Shown here: positions 25,647 through 36,300 of the stretch, one piece after another
Layout of the letters: every line of letters begins with the position of its first letter
Numbering within the stretch: position 1 is the stretch's first letter
The notes under the pieces: model-generated
Databases searched by the model: none
What the model was told of the DNA's origin: nothing
The model's input: the letters and a program-made list of their open reading frames with translations, nothing else
DNA from: Methanomicrobiales archaeon
Lineage (GTDB): Archaea; Halobacteriota; Methanomicrobia; Methanomicrobiales; Methanospirillaceae
Direction: 5' to 3'
Assembly (NCBI GenBank): GCA_037137755.1
Contig: JBAXJR010000016.1
Coordinates: 1-52,557 of the forward strand
DNA: 52,557 nucleotides
Translations under genes and position numbers: made by a program

Positions 25647-26294
25647 ATGCACCATATCGACGTCAGAATTGAAAAAGATGTATACGACGTCAATAATAAT
25701 ATTGCCGACGCTAATTCATCCCATCTTAAGGAGCATGGGGTCCGGGCCTTTGATCTGCTCGGGGCAATCGGGTCCGGCAAGACGGCCCTGATCGAACGGA
25801 TGGCCCCCCTCCTGTTGGAAAAGGGTTTAAAAGCCGGCGCTATTGCTGGCGATGTGTACGGTGATGATGATTTCAAGAGGATCGTGGCCCTGGGGATCCC
25901 GGCGGTGAACGCGAACACCGGCAAGGAATGCCACCTGGATGCCCACATCGTCGAGCATGCCATTGACCACCTGCCCCTCGGGCAGATTGATGTACTCTTT
26001 ATCGAAAACGTGGGAAACATGGTCTGCCCCACGGATTTCCGGCTTGGTGCCGAGAAACGCATCGTGGTCGTGAGTTCGACGGAAGGCGACGACGTGGTCA
26101 ACAAGCACCCGATGATGTTCCGCGGCTGCCAGATCGGGGTGATCAACAAGGTAGACCTTGCACCGCTGGTAGGGGCTGATCTCGACCGGATGGAGCGGGA
26201 CATGCACCGTTATAACCCGGGAATGCAGGTATTCCGTACTAATTTAAAGACTGGGGACGGTGTCGCACCCCTCCTCGGTGCCATACTCCGGTGA
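25647..26294 (+). CDS. hypB: Hydrogenase nickel-insertion GTPase HypB
   Basis: GAIGSGKT, ECHLDAH, ENVGNMVCP, NKVD. Confidence 0.94.
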   Translation: MHHIDVRIEKDVYDVNNNIADANSSHLKEHGVRAFDLLGAIGSGKTALIERMAPLLLEKGLKAGAIAGDVYGDDDFKRIVALGIPAVNANTGKECHLDAHIVEHAIDHLPLGQIDVLFIENVGNMVCPTDFRLGAEKRIVVVSSTEGDDVVNKHPMMFRGCQIGVINKVDLAPLVGADLDRMERDMHRYNPGMQVFRTNLKTGDGVAPLLGAILR

Positions 26295-26385
26295 TCAGTT
26301 CAACATATATAGCACAGGGGGCAATATTTAGAGCACTATCGCAGGGAAGGATTCCGGCGATGATATCGTAAATGGGGCAATTACA

Positions 26386-26763
26386 ATGCTTTGGCAAGGT
26401 AGATCAGTCAGGCAGGCAACCGGCGGAAGGTACCGGCCTGCACAGGGTAAACGAAGAGCAGAGATCGGTTCAGGACCCGCAGATACCCATATTGGCGTAG
26501 ACAGGATCAGACTTGTCCGCACGTTTGGCGGGAACCAGAAGATTCGTGCATTACGGGCAGCCTATGCAACCGTATCCACTCGTTCAACCGGAAAGGCACA
26601 GAAAGTAAAGATCGAAAAGGTAGAGAAAAACGGGGCAAACCCCAACTACGTACGGAGAAATCTCCTTACCAAGGGCGCAATTATTCACACCGAACTCGGT
26701 AGCGCACGGATTATAAGCCGCCCCGGCCAGAACGGCGTAATCAATGCCATTCTGATCGAATAA
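26386..26763 (+). CDS. rps8e: 30S ribosomal protein S8e
   Basis: WQGRS..TGGR, RRNLLTKGAII, SRPGQNGVINA. Confidence 0.96.
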   Translation: MLWQGRSVRQATGGRYRPAQGKRRAEIGSGPADTHIGVDRIRLVRTFGGNQKIRALRAAYATVSTRSTGKAQKVKIEKVEKNGANPNYVRRNLLTKGAIIHTELGSARIISRPGQNGVINAILIE

Positions 26764-27027
26764 ATTCTTTTTTTCCCGGCTTTCAGGGGATCCCGGACAA
26801 TTTTTTAGAATTCTAACCACGTTGCAGGTGCTCGCAATTCCACCGTCACCACTAATCCCACAGTATGGAAGGCGAAAACTTCGGGATATGATTATTGATA
26901 TACGGGAAGAGGAACCCGCGGCACCAATGAATTGATAGCAGCCCTGGCAGAATAGTACTGGGGACAACATGGGAATCTGGCACATGGTGGTACGAAGGGA
27001 TGAAAACATGACAGGGGAGGCCCTGGT

Positions 27028-27492
27028 TTGAGCCTTATAACAACGATTGCGGCACCATTCCGGCATACGAGGAAAGACAGGCTCAAGAAAAATGAGATCG
27101 TATACTACCTCGCATTTGACAGGAAATGGATGAGTATCGAGCAGGCCAATATCATCCTGAAACGTGCACTGGACGAGGGGCTCGTTGGATATGACGGGGA
27201 GATGCTCGCCCCGAAATTTGATATCCAGTCTGTTGAGATCCCTATCGGCTTCAAACCATCCCAGTCGGTTTTTGAATTAAACGATCCGGTCCAGTCACTG
27301 GTCGACCAGGTGGTAAAATCAAGCGGCAGGCAGGAGACCGAGATCATCGCCGAGATGAACCGCATGAAGTCGAAGGATTTTGACGACCTTCTCAGGCCCG
27401 AAGCTGCCGTGATTATTCTTGCAAAGCGCTACGGTGTCCCTGTTGAGGAACACATTGCGGCCCTGAAAGAAAACCTGTTAAAAAAGTATTGA
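27028..27492 (+). CDS. DUF2240-family protein
   Basis: IAAPF, LAFDRKWMS, IPIGFKP. Confidence 0.8.
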   Translation: MSLITTIAAPFRHTRKDRLKKNEIVYYLAFDRKWMSIEQANIILKRALDEGLVGYDGEMLAPKFDIQSVEIPIGFKPSQSVFELNDPVQSLVDQVVKSSGRQETEIIAEMNRMKSKDFDDLLRPEAAVIILAKRYGVPVEEHIAALKENLLKKY

Positions 27493-27493
27493 G

Positions 27494-27898
27494 TTATGCT
27501 GCCTTTTCGGCGGGCGCTGCCTTCGGGAAGATCTCCTCGAGGGCTTTTTCACCGTATGTGGTGACCTTTGCATTTATCTGGACAAAATCTGCTGTAATTT
27601 CGTTCCCGCGGACTGGTTTCCTGCGGCGTTCCCCATCCATGACCGGGTGGAAACCTACACCGCCTGCGAGCAGCAGTTTTCTGCGTCCCGCAAACGGAAG
27701 GTTCTGCTTTGCAGGAGTACCGTTCCTGTCTGATGCACCGGTGATCTTCATCCTGTACCCGGCAATGCCGAGGGATGTTGCATCTACTTCGTCTCCGACA
27801 TGTTTACCCATAAGGAATGCTGCCGCGCCGCCGCTTACGTCGACTTTGTGGGACTGTCCGTTTTTCGGGTCTGATAAGACTATTTTAAATTCAACCAT
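27494..27898 (-). CDS. rps6e: 30S ribosomal protein S6e
   Basis: FKIVLSDP, ITGASDRNG, GERRRKPVRGN, QIN. Confidence 0.95.
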   Translation of the reverse strand: MVEFKIVLSDPKNGQSHKVDVSGGAAAFLMGKHVGDEVDATSLGIAGYRMKITGASDRNGTPAKQNLPFAGRRKLLLAGGVGFHPVMDGERRRKPVRGNEITADFVQINAKVTTYGEKALEEIFPKAAPAEKAA

Positions 27899-28075
27899 TT
27901 ATCTCATTCTCCGGTTATTTTTATCCTGATCCGGGGGATACCGCAATCCCGTTTGCTGCCCTTTAGATGGATACAGGACCACACCTGGGGTGAAAATCCT
28001 GGATTTTGTGACGGCCCGCCCGTGCGGAACCATCCGGGAAGTACCAAGTACATTGGGCGAATATGCTATTAAATA

Positions 28076-29863
28076 CTACTTTCCCCAGAAGGGTTCAGTC
28101 CGTCGTTTCATCGAGGTGAACTCCCCGAGTACTTCCTGTGTCGGGATGGGGAGATGGGAAAGCATTTCGCGCTCCAGGACTTTTACATGGCGCTCCGGGA
28201 TATCAACATACAGGTCGTCATCCACATCCAGCTGCCGCCCAACGGTCGCCCCTTCAATCGAGATCGCAACTTCCTTACCTGCTTCTGCCTCCCGGATCGC
28301 CTCCTGGTTATACTGGATGGACTTCAGATGGCCGACCTTCTTACCGTCCCGCTGGACAAGGTTCACATCGGTCCGGAGTGCGCCGCCGAGGACCCTGACA
28401 CCTACCACCGCCGGGTTACTCTGGCGGAAGATACAATTCGGGAGGACCCGGATCTTTGCCGGCATCACGATCTGCTCGAACCGCTGTTTTTCCTGTTTCC
28501 GTTTTACATCATCGCGCCATGCCACGTAATCATCCACGAGCTGGTAAATCACGCGCCCGGAAAAAACCCGGATATGGGCATACACGGGATCCTTGATCAT
28601 ATCTCCCGCATCGGGAAGGATCGCAGTATTGAAACTTAATAAAACACGATAATATGGATTTTTTATCGTCCCAGTCTCGATGATGTCATGACGGCTGACC
28701 GGGCCGACACTGGCCTTCATTACCTCGATATTCTTCTCTGTCAGCTCCTTGCAGATCGCTTCAAGGGCCCCGATGGTGTCTGCCTTGATAACAAGCCCCT
28801 CAGGGCTGAGCTGGACATGGATATCCTCCATCTCTCGCCTGATCTCTTCCATTGCCTCGCCTGGGTCCCCCCGTATGACACGGATTGGTGAACCGGCAAT
28901 TACTTCCTCGAGATCAGGTGCCGTCAGCTTGATCCCGGCCGCAGCGGTTACCGACTTGACACGTTCAAAACGGTCTTCGACAAGGATCTCCTTCATAGGC
29001 CGTGGCTTGAGGAGCGACCGGACCTTCGTAATTATCGGTCCGTCCTGCGTGGCAGCGGCAATCTCATCACCGACCGATAACGTACCGTCATATAGGATTA
29101 CATCAAGGGTAGTTCCGAGTCCACGCTCTTCCTTAACTTCAAGCACGGTGCCTTTTCCAGGCCCTTCCACACTCAGTGCAAGGGAATCTTCCATGTACCG
29201 CTGTGCGAGACCGATCATCACCATCAGCAGCTCGGCGATCCCTTCACCTGTATGTGCGCTGACAGGGACTATTGCCAGGTTCCGCTGGAAATCATTCACA
29301 CGGTCAAACCGCTCTGCAGAGAAATCAAGGTCTGATAACTTGCCGACAATTTCGTAGACTTTTTTCTCGAGGAATTCCTTTACACGTTCATTCTGTTTTG
29401 AGTACGTAACGGAAAATGCGTCACCCGGGTTCGGCCTCCAGCCATGCAGCTTGTCCATCTTGGTGGCCGCGAGGACAAACGGGGTCTTGCAGGCCCGGAG
29501 GATCTGCAATGCCTCGATAGTCTGTGGCTGGAACCCCTGGTTAATGTCGACGACGACAATCGCCATATCTGCGAGTGCCCCACCCCTGGCGCGCAGGGTG
29601 GTAAATGCCTGGTGCCCGGGCGTATCGATAAAGAGGAGGCCAGGGACATTGGTTGAGAGCTTTTCCATCGCTCCGCTCATCAGCCTGATGGCATCTATCG
29701 GGACCATCGTTGCGCCAATATGCTGGGTAATCGCACCCACTTCTGATTTCACTACTGATGAGCCCCGTATCCTGTCGAGCAGGGACGTTTTCCCGTGGTC
29801 GACATGCCCGAGCACGCATACAATAGGCGTCCGGATCTTCTGATGTGTTGCCGTATTCACCAC
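28076..29863 (-). CDS. infB: Translation initiation factor aIF5B (IF-2)
   Basis: GHVDHGKT, ITQHIGA, DTPGH; no intein visible. Confidence 0.96.
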   Translation of the reverse strand: MVNTATHQKIRTPIVCVLGHVDHGKTSLLDRIRGSSVVKSEVGAITQHIGATMVPIDAIRLMSGAMEKLSTNVPGLLFIDTPGHQAFTTLRARGGALADMAIVVVDINQGFQPQTIEALQILRACKTPFVLAATKMDKLHGWRPNPGDAFSVTYSKQNERVKEFLEKKVYEIVGKLSDLDFSAERFDRVNDFQRNLAIVPVSAHTGEGIAELLMVMIGLAQRYMEDSLALSVEGPGKGTVLEVKEERGLGTTLDVILYDGTLSVGDEIAAATQDGPIITKVRSLLKPRPMKEILVEDRFERVKSVTAAAGIKLTAPDLEEVIAGSPIRVIRGDPGEAMEEIRREMEDIHVQLSPEGLVIKADTIGALEAICKELTEKNIEVMKASVGPVSRHDIIETGTIKNPYYRVLLSFNTAILPDAGDMIKDPVYAHIRVFSGRVIYQLVDDYVAWRDDVKRKQEKQRFEQIVMPAKIRVLPNCIFRQSNPAVVGVRVLGGALRTDVNLVQRDGKKVGHLKSIQYNQEAIREAEAGKEVAISIEGATVGRQLDVDDDLYVDIPERHVKVLEREMLSHLPIPTQEVLGEFTSMKRRTEPFWGK

Positions 29864-30240
29864 CCCTGAAGCGATTGACAGGATGATATGGAAGTGTTGA
29901 GAGCAGGGCCCGGATAAATATCGGGAAAAGACCGCGAATGTCCGCGGTCTTCCCCCCTATTCATCAGGTAGACAACAATTCATCACTCACTGCTATGTAA
30001 TAGCGCATAGTGATTATTAAATAGTCTCTTTTATCGCATCCGGGCAGTTGTTGCGTTTATTGCAATCCCGGGAAACTATTGAGAAGAACAGGCATGAGAG
30101 AAAGTGGCTGGGACTACCTCGCAGGACATCTGCCGCTTTTGGATGAACAAAAAAAATCACCCACTTACCAGTACTGGAATGCTGGAGTCTCAAGCAGTTA
30201 GCTTAAGTATATTCAATCACAAAAGTAAGAGGGATATTTT

Positions 30241-30313
30241 GCCAGGGTGGGGTAGTTGGTTATCCTAGGGGACTGTGGATCCCCCGACCCGGGTTCGAGT
30301 CTCGGCCCTGGCC
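30241..30313 (+). tRNA. tRNA-His(GTG)
   Basis: Acceptor GCCAGGG/CCCTGGC, GGGGA-CT-GTG-GA-TCCCC, C73. Position -1 is T. Confidence 0.95.
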
Positions 30314-30488
30314 TTATTACCACGTATTAAAATCTATTCTCAATTCCGGGCATGAATTGGTTGTGTTGAAAGGATCAGCCAAACGATGTGATCCCGCAAA
30401 GGAAGGGCACTACACCTTATTCCTATGGGGTTCTCTATTTGAGATTATCGCCATTCTGGCAATCTGCCGGATAAAACAAATTAAGTGA

Positions 30489-31781
30489 TTATTGCTCCCG
30501 GTGACCCCCCTTTCTCGTATAAGGCAGGGAATACCGGTAGCTCACAATAAAGCCCACCACCAGTGCGATGGCCATTGCAGGGACGAGTGTTTTCTCAAAA
30601 ACGATGGCAATGATCAGGGCAATGGCCATAGGACTCCGGAGTAGTGCGACACTGATACCGGCAATGACGCAGACGAGGCATACCGAGAGGGGGATGAAGG
30701 GAAAGAGCCGGAATACCAGGATCCCGACCGTACCCCCGATAAAGAAACTCGGGAAGATGTATCCACCCGCAAACCCGGTGGAAAATGAGAAGGTCACAAG
30801 GAGGATTTTTACTACGACAAGGACGAAGAGCAGGAGGATGCTCACTTCGAGGTAGTTATTAATGAGTACCTGGAGCTGCTCGTTACCCATGAAAAGGGCG
30901 AGAGGGAGGAGCATCCCGGCAACCCCTAACCCCAGACCTCCAAGCAGGCCGAGTAGCACCGGCCGGTTCTCAAGCGGTTCGAATATTCCCCGCATTTTCT
31001 TGTACGTGAGGATAAAACATATCCCGCATGCCCCGCCAAGCACGCCAAGACCAACTGCATAGAGAAGGTCGATGTTCCGGAACTCAGGGTAGGCCGGCAG
31101 CGTAAACACGTTGCCGAGGAATGTGCCGGAAAGCAGGAAATAGGCTGCAAATCCCGCCGTAGCCGCAACAATGGACGGGAGGACCGCTTTCCAGGTCATG
31201 ACACCTTTCTCAAGGGTTGTCTCGATGAAAATGAGCGGCCCGGCGAACGGTGAGGTCAGGAATGCACCGAAGAACCCGCTGATGGCAGAGAGCGATGACA
31301 GGGTGACAACCGGGGGAGGCATACGGGCTTTCTCGGCAATTGCTGTACCAACTGCACCAGTAGAGACAGTAAGTGGTCCTTCAGGCCCGAGGGGGGCCCC
31401 GCAGACAAGGGAGACCAGTCCCCGGAGAAAGAGTTCAATTCCCCGTTTCAGGTCGAACCTGCCTTTCTCGGTAAACTCGACAAGGTCCTCTGCCATGATG
31501 GCAATCTCGCCATTAAAATAATGCCGTATCAGCCCGGCACCAAGCCCCCCGATAATACAGATTACGAGGATCCAGGGATTAAAGACCGGATACAGGGAGT
31601 ACACGGGAATCCCGTTCCACAGGAACCCGGTGATTACATTCTCCAGGAAAAAGAAAGCGATCATCAGGAGGGCGCCGATTACCCCGACTATGGAGACAAA
31701 TATAAGCAGGAAATAAAACTTCCTGCTGTTTAACGAATCAGTGGGTTCATCGATCTTAGTACTATTGACATCCTCAGGCAT
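30489..31781 (-). CDS. CLC chloride channel/transporter family protein
   Basis: LGPEGP, GFAGGYIFPSFFIG; many TM helices; no CBS domains. Confidence 0.88.
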   Translation of the reverse strand: MPEDVNSTKIDEPTDSLNSRKFYFLLIFVSIVGVIGALLMIAFFFLENVITGFLWNGIPVYSLYPVFNPWILVICIIGGLGAGLIRHYFNGEIAIMAEDLVEFTEKGRFDLKRGIELFLRGLVSLVCGAPLGPEGPLTVSTGAVGTAIAEKARMPPPVVTLSSLSAISGFFGAFLTSPFAGPLIFIETTLEKGVMTWKAVLPSIVAATAGFAAYFLLSGTFLGNVFTLPAYPEFRNIDLLYAVGLGVLGGACGICFILTYKKMRGIFEPLENRPVLLGLLGGLGLGVAGMLLPLALFMGNEQLQVLINNYLEVSILLLFVLVVVKILLVTFSFSTGFAGGYIFPSFFIGGTVGILVFRLFPFIPLSVCLVCVIAGISVALLRSPMAIALIIAIVFEKTLVPAMAIALVVGFIVSYRYSLPYTRKGGHREQ

Positions 31782-32069
31782 CGCGTTCTCCTTTACAGAG
31801 TGGGAAACCGGGGAGTATTAAATTCCACCGCTTTGCTTAGTGCCCACAAAAGTCCGCAGGCGCGGACCGGTATTATTACGACAAATAATCGTTCGATTTT
31901 TATTGTTCCTGTTAATTGCCATTTTTTCACAAATTCTTCTCTTCGAATTATCAGGCTCTTCCGGATTGTTTTTCTTATTTTTATAGGTAGAACTGAGAGG
32001 ATTGTATCCTGGAGCAGGGTATCGTGATATTTCAAATCCCCACTCCCTCAATATTGACCAGTCTATGGC

Positions 32070-32582
32070 TCAGAGCGGTGCGGTATGACTGGCAGCAAGG
32101 GCGAGAAATCCGAAGATATAGAGCGCTGCTACAAAGAATGCTGTATTGATGACGCTCTTTGTCGCACGTGCCCTGATTTCCAAGACGTACATTGCATCGT
32201 ACGCATTGAGGAGCAGGGCACAGAGCAGGTAGGTGCCATAGGTCAGAAGACTAAGCCCACACGCGAGGGGCCCCCAGTTCAACCCCGCAGCCGTTAAGGC
32301 GATCAGCCCGATCGCAAGGTTCGCATACCCGACCTCAAGCTGGAACTCCGGGCGGTCCTGGACCCACCCCATCCTTGCCTGGTCTGAACGGTAGAATACC
32401 GAGTGCCGGAGGAAACTCAGTAGCCCTACTATCCCGACAAGGGTTGCTGCTGCAACCCTGTACGCCAAATCAGGGTTAATGAACAGGAAATAGATCGTTA
32501 CAATAATTCCGATAATTGTTGCAACGATTGAAGCGGTAAACAGTACCGATGCAATTGCCGGACCCGCAGCGGTTCTGGCCAT
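32070..32582 (-). CDS. Membrane protein, DUF6790-like
   Basis: H...A.MGW...FQLEVGYANLAIG motif. Confidence 0.7.
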   Translation of the reverse strand: MARTAAGPAIASVLFTASIVATIIGIIVTIYFLFINPDLAYRVAAATLVGIVGLLSFLRHSVFYRSDQARMGWVQDRPEFQLEVGYANLAIGLIALTAAGLNWGPLACGLSLLTYGTYLLCALLLNAYDAMYVLEIRARATKSVINTAFFVAALYIFGFLALAASHTAPL

Positions 32583-32814
32583 AGTAAGTATTGGAGGCTG
32601 GATTAGTCAAATAACTGATATTATATACCGGAGGTCCGAACTAAATTTTTTTGTCCCTCGCCATACTTGTTACACTTCAGTAATTCACTATTCCCTCGGT
32701 CAACGGGTTCCGTTTTTGCCTGTCAGTAGTGCCATGCAGTAATTTCTGGCAAATAAAGATAATATACCCAGATGGATTACTCATCTGCCCCAATGGGGGG
32801 ACGGTGTTATTAAA

Positions 32815-33183
32815 ATGAAGAATACAGCAGCATCACTTGCAAATAAGGAAAATATCGAGCGCTGGAAAGCAGTTATTGAACTTGAAAGATTCGGTCAGCC
32901 GGCAGCCGATTATCTGATCCCGGCACTAAAGGACGATGATAGGTGGGTCAGGTACCTTGCGGCAGATGCACTTGCAAATATCGGTGCGGTCCAGTCGGTG
33001 ACCCCGTTGATCACGCTTCTGAAAGATCATGACCAGGACGTCCGCTTTGCTGCCGCTGCAGCACTTGGCAAGATAGGGGACCCAAAGGCATTACCGGGAC
33101 TTGAATCGGTACTGAAATCCGATAACGCTTATGTGAGGATCGCGGCGGAAGAAGCGATCGAAAGAATTTCCCCGGTCAGATGA
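32815..33183 (+). CDS. HEAT/PBS-lyase repeat protein
   Basis: Repeats of L..L.D.D..VR..AA.AL..IG. Confidence 0.88.
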   Translation: MKNTAASLANKENIERWKAVIELERFGQPAADYLIPALKDDDRWVRYLAADALANIGAVQSVTPLITLLKDHDQDVRFAAAAALGKIGDPKALPGLESVLKSDNAYVRIAAEEAIERISPVR

Positions 33184-33315
33184 TGGTGTAATCCCGGGGG
33201 TCTTAACGGACCGGACAGGTATTTCGTTACAGTATTTCATCCAATCCTTTTTTATTTCCCCGGTTTCCATGATAGCACCGAACGGATGAGAAGAAGATTG
33301 TGTTGCGGCAATTTT

Positions 33316-36300
33316 TCAGGAGACCCGCCTGAGATCGTTTTCTTCGCTACCGGAAATATTCTTGGCAATCGTCGATATGCCGAATATGTGACCATTTTCA
33401 TCTTTGATAGGAGACAGGGTAATGGATACCGCGACAGGTGACCCGTCCTTCCTTATACGGATTGTCCGAAAATGTTCAATGCGTTCCCCATTACGGACCC
33501 GTTGAAGGAATATCGGCAGCTGGTCCCGCAATTCAGGTGAAATAATCACCGCAATAGATTTCCCGATTATCTCGTCAGCAAGATAGCCGTAGATACGCTC
33601 CGCTGCATTATTCCAGCTGATGATGGTCCCGTCAAGCGTTTTTCCAATGATAGCATCATTGGAAGAGTCCACAATTGAGGCGAGAATTGAGCGGAGCCGT
33701 TCTGATTCGTTTTTCGGGGTAAGGTCTTCATACACAACGAACTGCTCCCCGTTCTGGAGGTTTAACGGGAAAAACCGGACCTGGCGAACAGTTCCATCTT
33801 TGCATGTGACGGGGTATACACGGGACCTGACATCTTCAGGGCTTGAGTGTGCGATGTCATTTTTCCATGTGAGTATCGCCTCATTGCGCCCAGTTTCATC
33901 AGGAAATGCCCTTAATAACCAGTCCTTTCCAGTGGGAATATCGGCAAGCGTATAGCCGAACAGGCGTTCAAACATATTGTTCAGGTACCGGTAATTCGAT
34001 CCATTATCCATTATCGAGATAGGGAAGGGAGATAGATTAGCAAGTGTGCGGAACCGTTCTTCACTTTCCCGGATTTTTTCTGTACGTTCCATCTTTTTGG
34101 TAATGTCCCGTCCAACGGACTGGTATTCGATCACCTTCCCGCCTGAACCAAAAATTGCACGATCGCTCCACCAATGCCAGGCGATCGTTCCATCGGGCAT
34201 CAGGACCCGGTGTTCAACAGTTTTTACAGGGTTTTCAGGTGTGAGTGATGCCAGGTGAGCTTTCATTGACCTGGCATCGTCGGGGGGTAGTACCACGTGG
34301 TGAGGGGACCCGATACAGTCTTCTTTTTGTAATCCAAAATACCGGCAATAGGCATCGTTCAGAAACGTGAATATTCCATCAGGGGTAAAACGACAGATAA
34401 ACTCAGTCTGGTCCTCGACAACAGTGCGGTACCGCTCCTCGCTCTCTTTTAGCGCAAGGTCTGCCTGCTTGCGATTATGGTTCATCAGTGTAATCGCAAT
34501 CTGGTCGGCAAGCTGGCATGCAAATGCGACCTCGTCACTATCCCAGTGATGCTGACGGTCAACATGCTCAAAGCAGAGGACCCCGAGATTCTGCCCGGTG
34601 ACCCGTATCACCGCATCCAGCATTGAGGTAATACGGTTCGGTTTGAGGTAGCCATCCACATATCCCGCCGTGCGTGGGTCTGTCAACGGATCATTGGCAT
34701 CGATGTACTTTGCTGTGCTTAACGCGTCAAATTCATTTATATATTCATGACGTTTCAATACCGCGTCGCAGGAGTGTCGATCATACAAGCCCTCGTACTG
34801 GTCAATGCATCGCAGTTCATCTCCTTTGCTGTTAAAAAGCCATACGCTTGCCCTTTCCACACCTAACACTCCTGAAGAAACTTCAGTAAGACTTGCGGAC
34901 AGTCCATGAACGTCTCCTGAAAACAGGTAGGGGGAGATAGAGATAGTACCCAGCACCGCCTGCTGATCCCTGGCTCTTTTCAACGCAGCAACAATGTTTT
35001 CCTCCACCCGCTTGCGTTCGGTGATGTCCCGGCCAACTGACTGATACTCCTTCAGGCGGCCTTCAGCTTGAAAGATCGCACGGTCGACCCATCGTTGCCA
35101 AAGGATGCTGCCGTCCGGCATGACGGTCCGCTGATCGATCACCTCAACCGGATGTTCCGGGTTTAGGGATGCAATAAGCCGGGCAACATTATTCCGGTCA
35201 TCCGGATGAATAACAGGCCGGAACCGGGAGCCGATTATCTCCTCCCGGTTCAGCCCGAAATAGCGGCAGTATGCTTCATTCACAAATATGTGGGTACCAT
35301 CCGGGGTAAACCTGCAGATGAATTCGGTCTGATCTTCCACCACACCCCTATAACGTTCTTCGCTTTCACGGAGAGCCGTTTCAGCATTTTTCCGGAACGT
35401 TATATCCCGTATAAAGCCCTCGATACCTGTTACATGCCCGTCCGAATCGAAGAGGAGGTTGCTGTTCGTGGAGATTACGATGGGTGATCCGTCCTGCTTT
35501 TTTAATGTGACCTCGTAATCGGTAGTTTTTTGTTTTTCATAAATGACCTTTAAAAAAATTTCCCTGTCCGCCGGGTTGTCATATAATTTTTCTGTAATTT
35601 TCTCTCCGATAATTTCATCAATAGAATCATACCCTAAAAGCTTTGGTGCGGATGGACTTACCATAACAATAGTCCCCTCAGGGTCACAGCGGTAATATAT
35701 ATCCTGGATATTGTCAAGGATGGTACGGTACAGTAGTTCGCTCTCTGAAAGGGCCTTTTCAACCCGCTTCCGCTCCGTGATGTCCGTGTGGATACCTACG
35801 AGGCCGATAATCGTTCCCTTATCGTCCCTGATAGCATCCGCATGGTAACTGGCATCGAATTTTCGTCCATCCTTTGAGATCACGACGATTTCACCGCTAC
35901 AGGAGTAACCCTGCATAATGGCCTCAAAAATTTCACGTCCTTTCTGTGCATCTTCATACGCTATTATGGGGAGAGGCGAACGTGCGAATTCTTCGGTCGT
36001 GTATCCGAACAGTTTGGTTAAGGCAGGGTTCTGGTAGATATGACGGCCATCAGAAGTTGCGATCCCAATCGCCTCGCTTGAGCTGTCCACCGCTTTCAGG
36101 ATCCGGGTCAGGGTTTCCTCAACCTCCCTACGTTCGGTAATATCCTGCCCGACAGACTGGCACTCGACAAAAATGCCAGTATTGTCAAATATACCCCGGC
36201 TGCTCCACGCGTGCCAGCGGTATGTGCCACCGCCATTCAGCACCCTTATTTCAATATATCCGGTTGGCTGATCCGGAGTAATCCCGGAGATTTTTGCCTT

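Noticed and set aside
28076-29863. Intein in infB (also checked rtcB and tfb)
   Set aside because: Protein lengths are normal, with no inserted C...HN segment or LAGLIDADG motifs.
29928-29951. Hairpin AAGACCGCG/CGCGGTCTT upstream of infB as a riboswitch or sRNA
   Set aside because: A single 9-bp stem with no further supporting motif.
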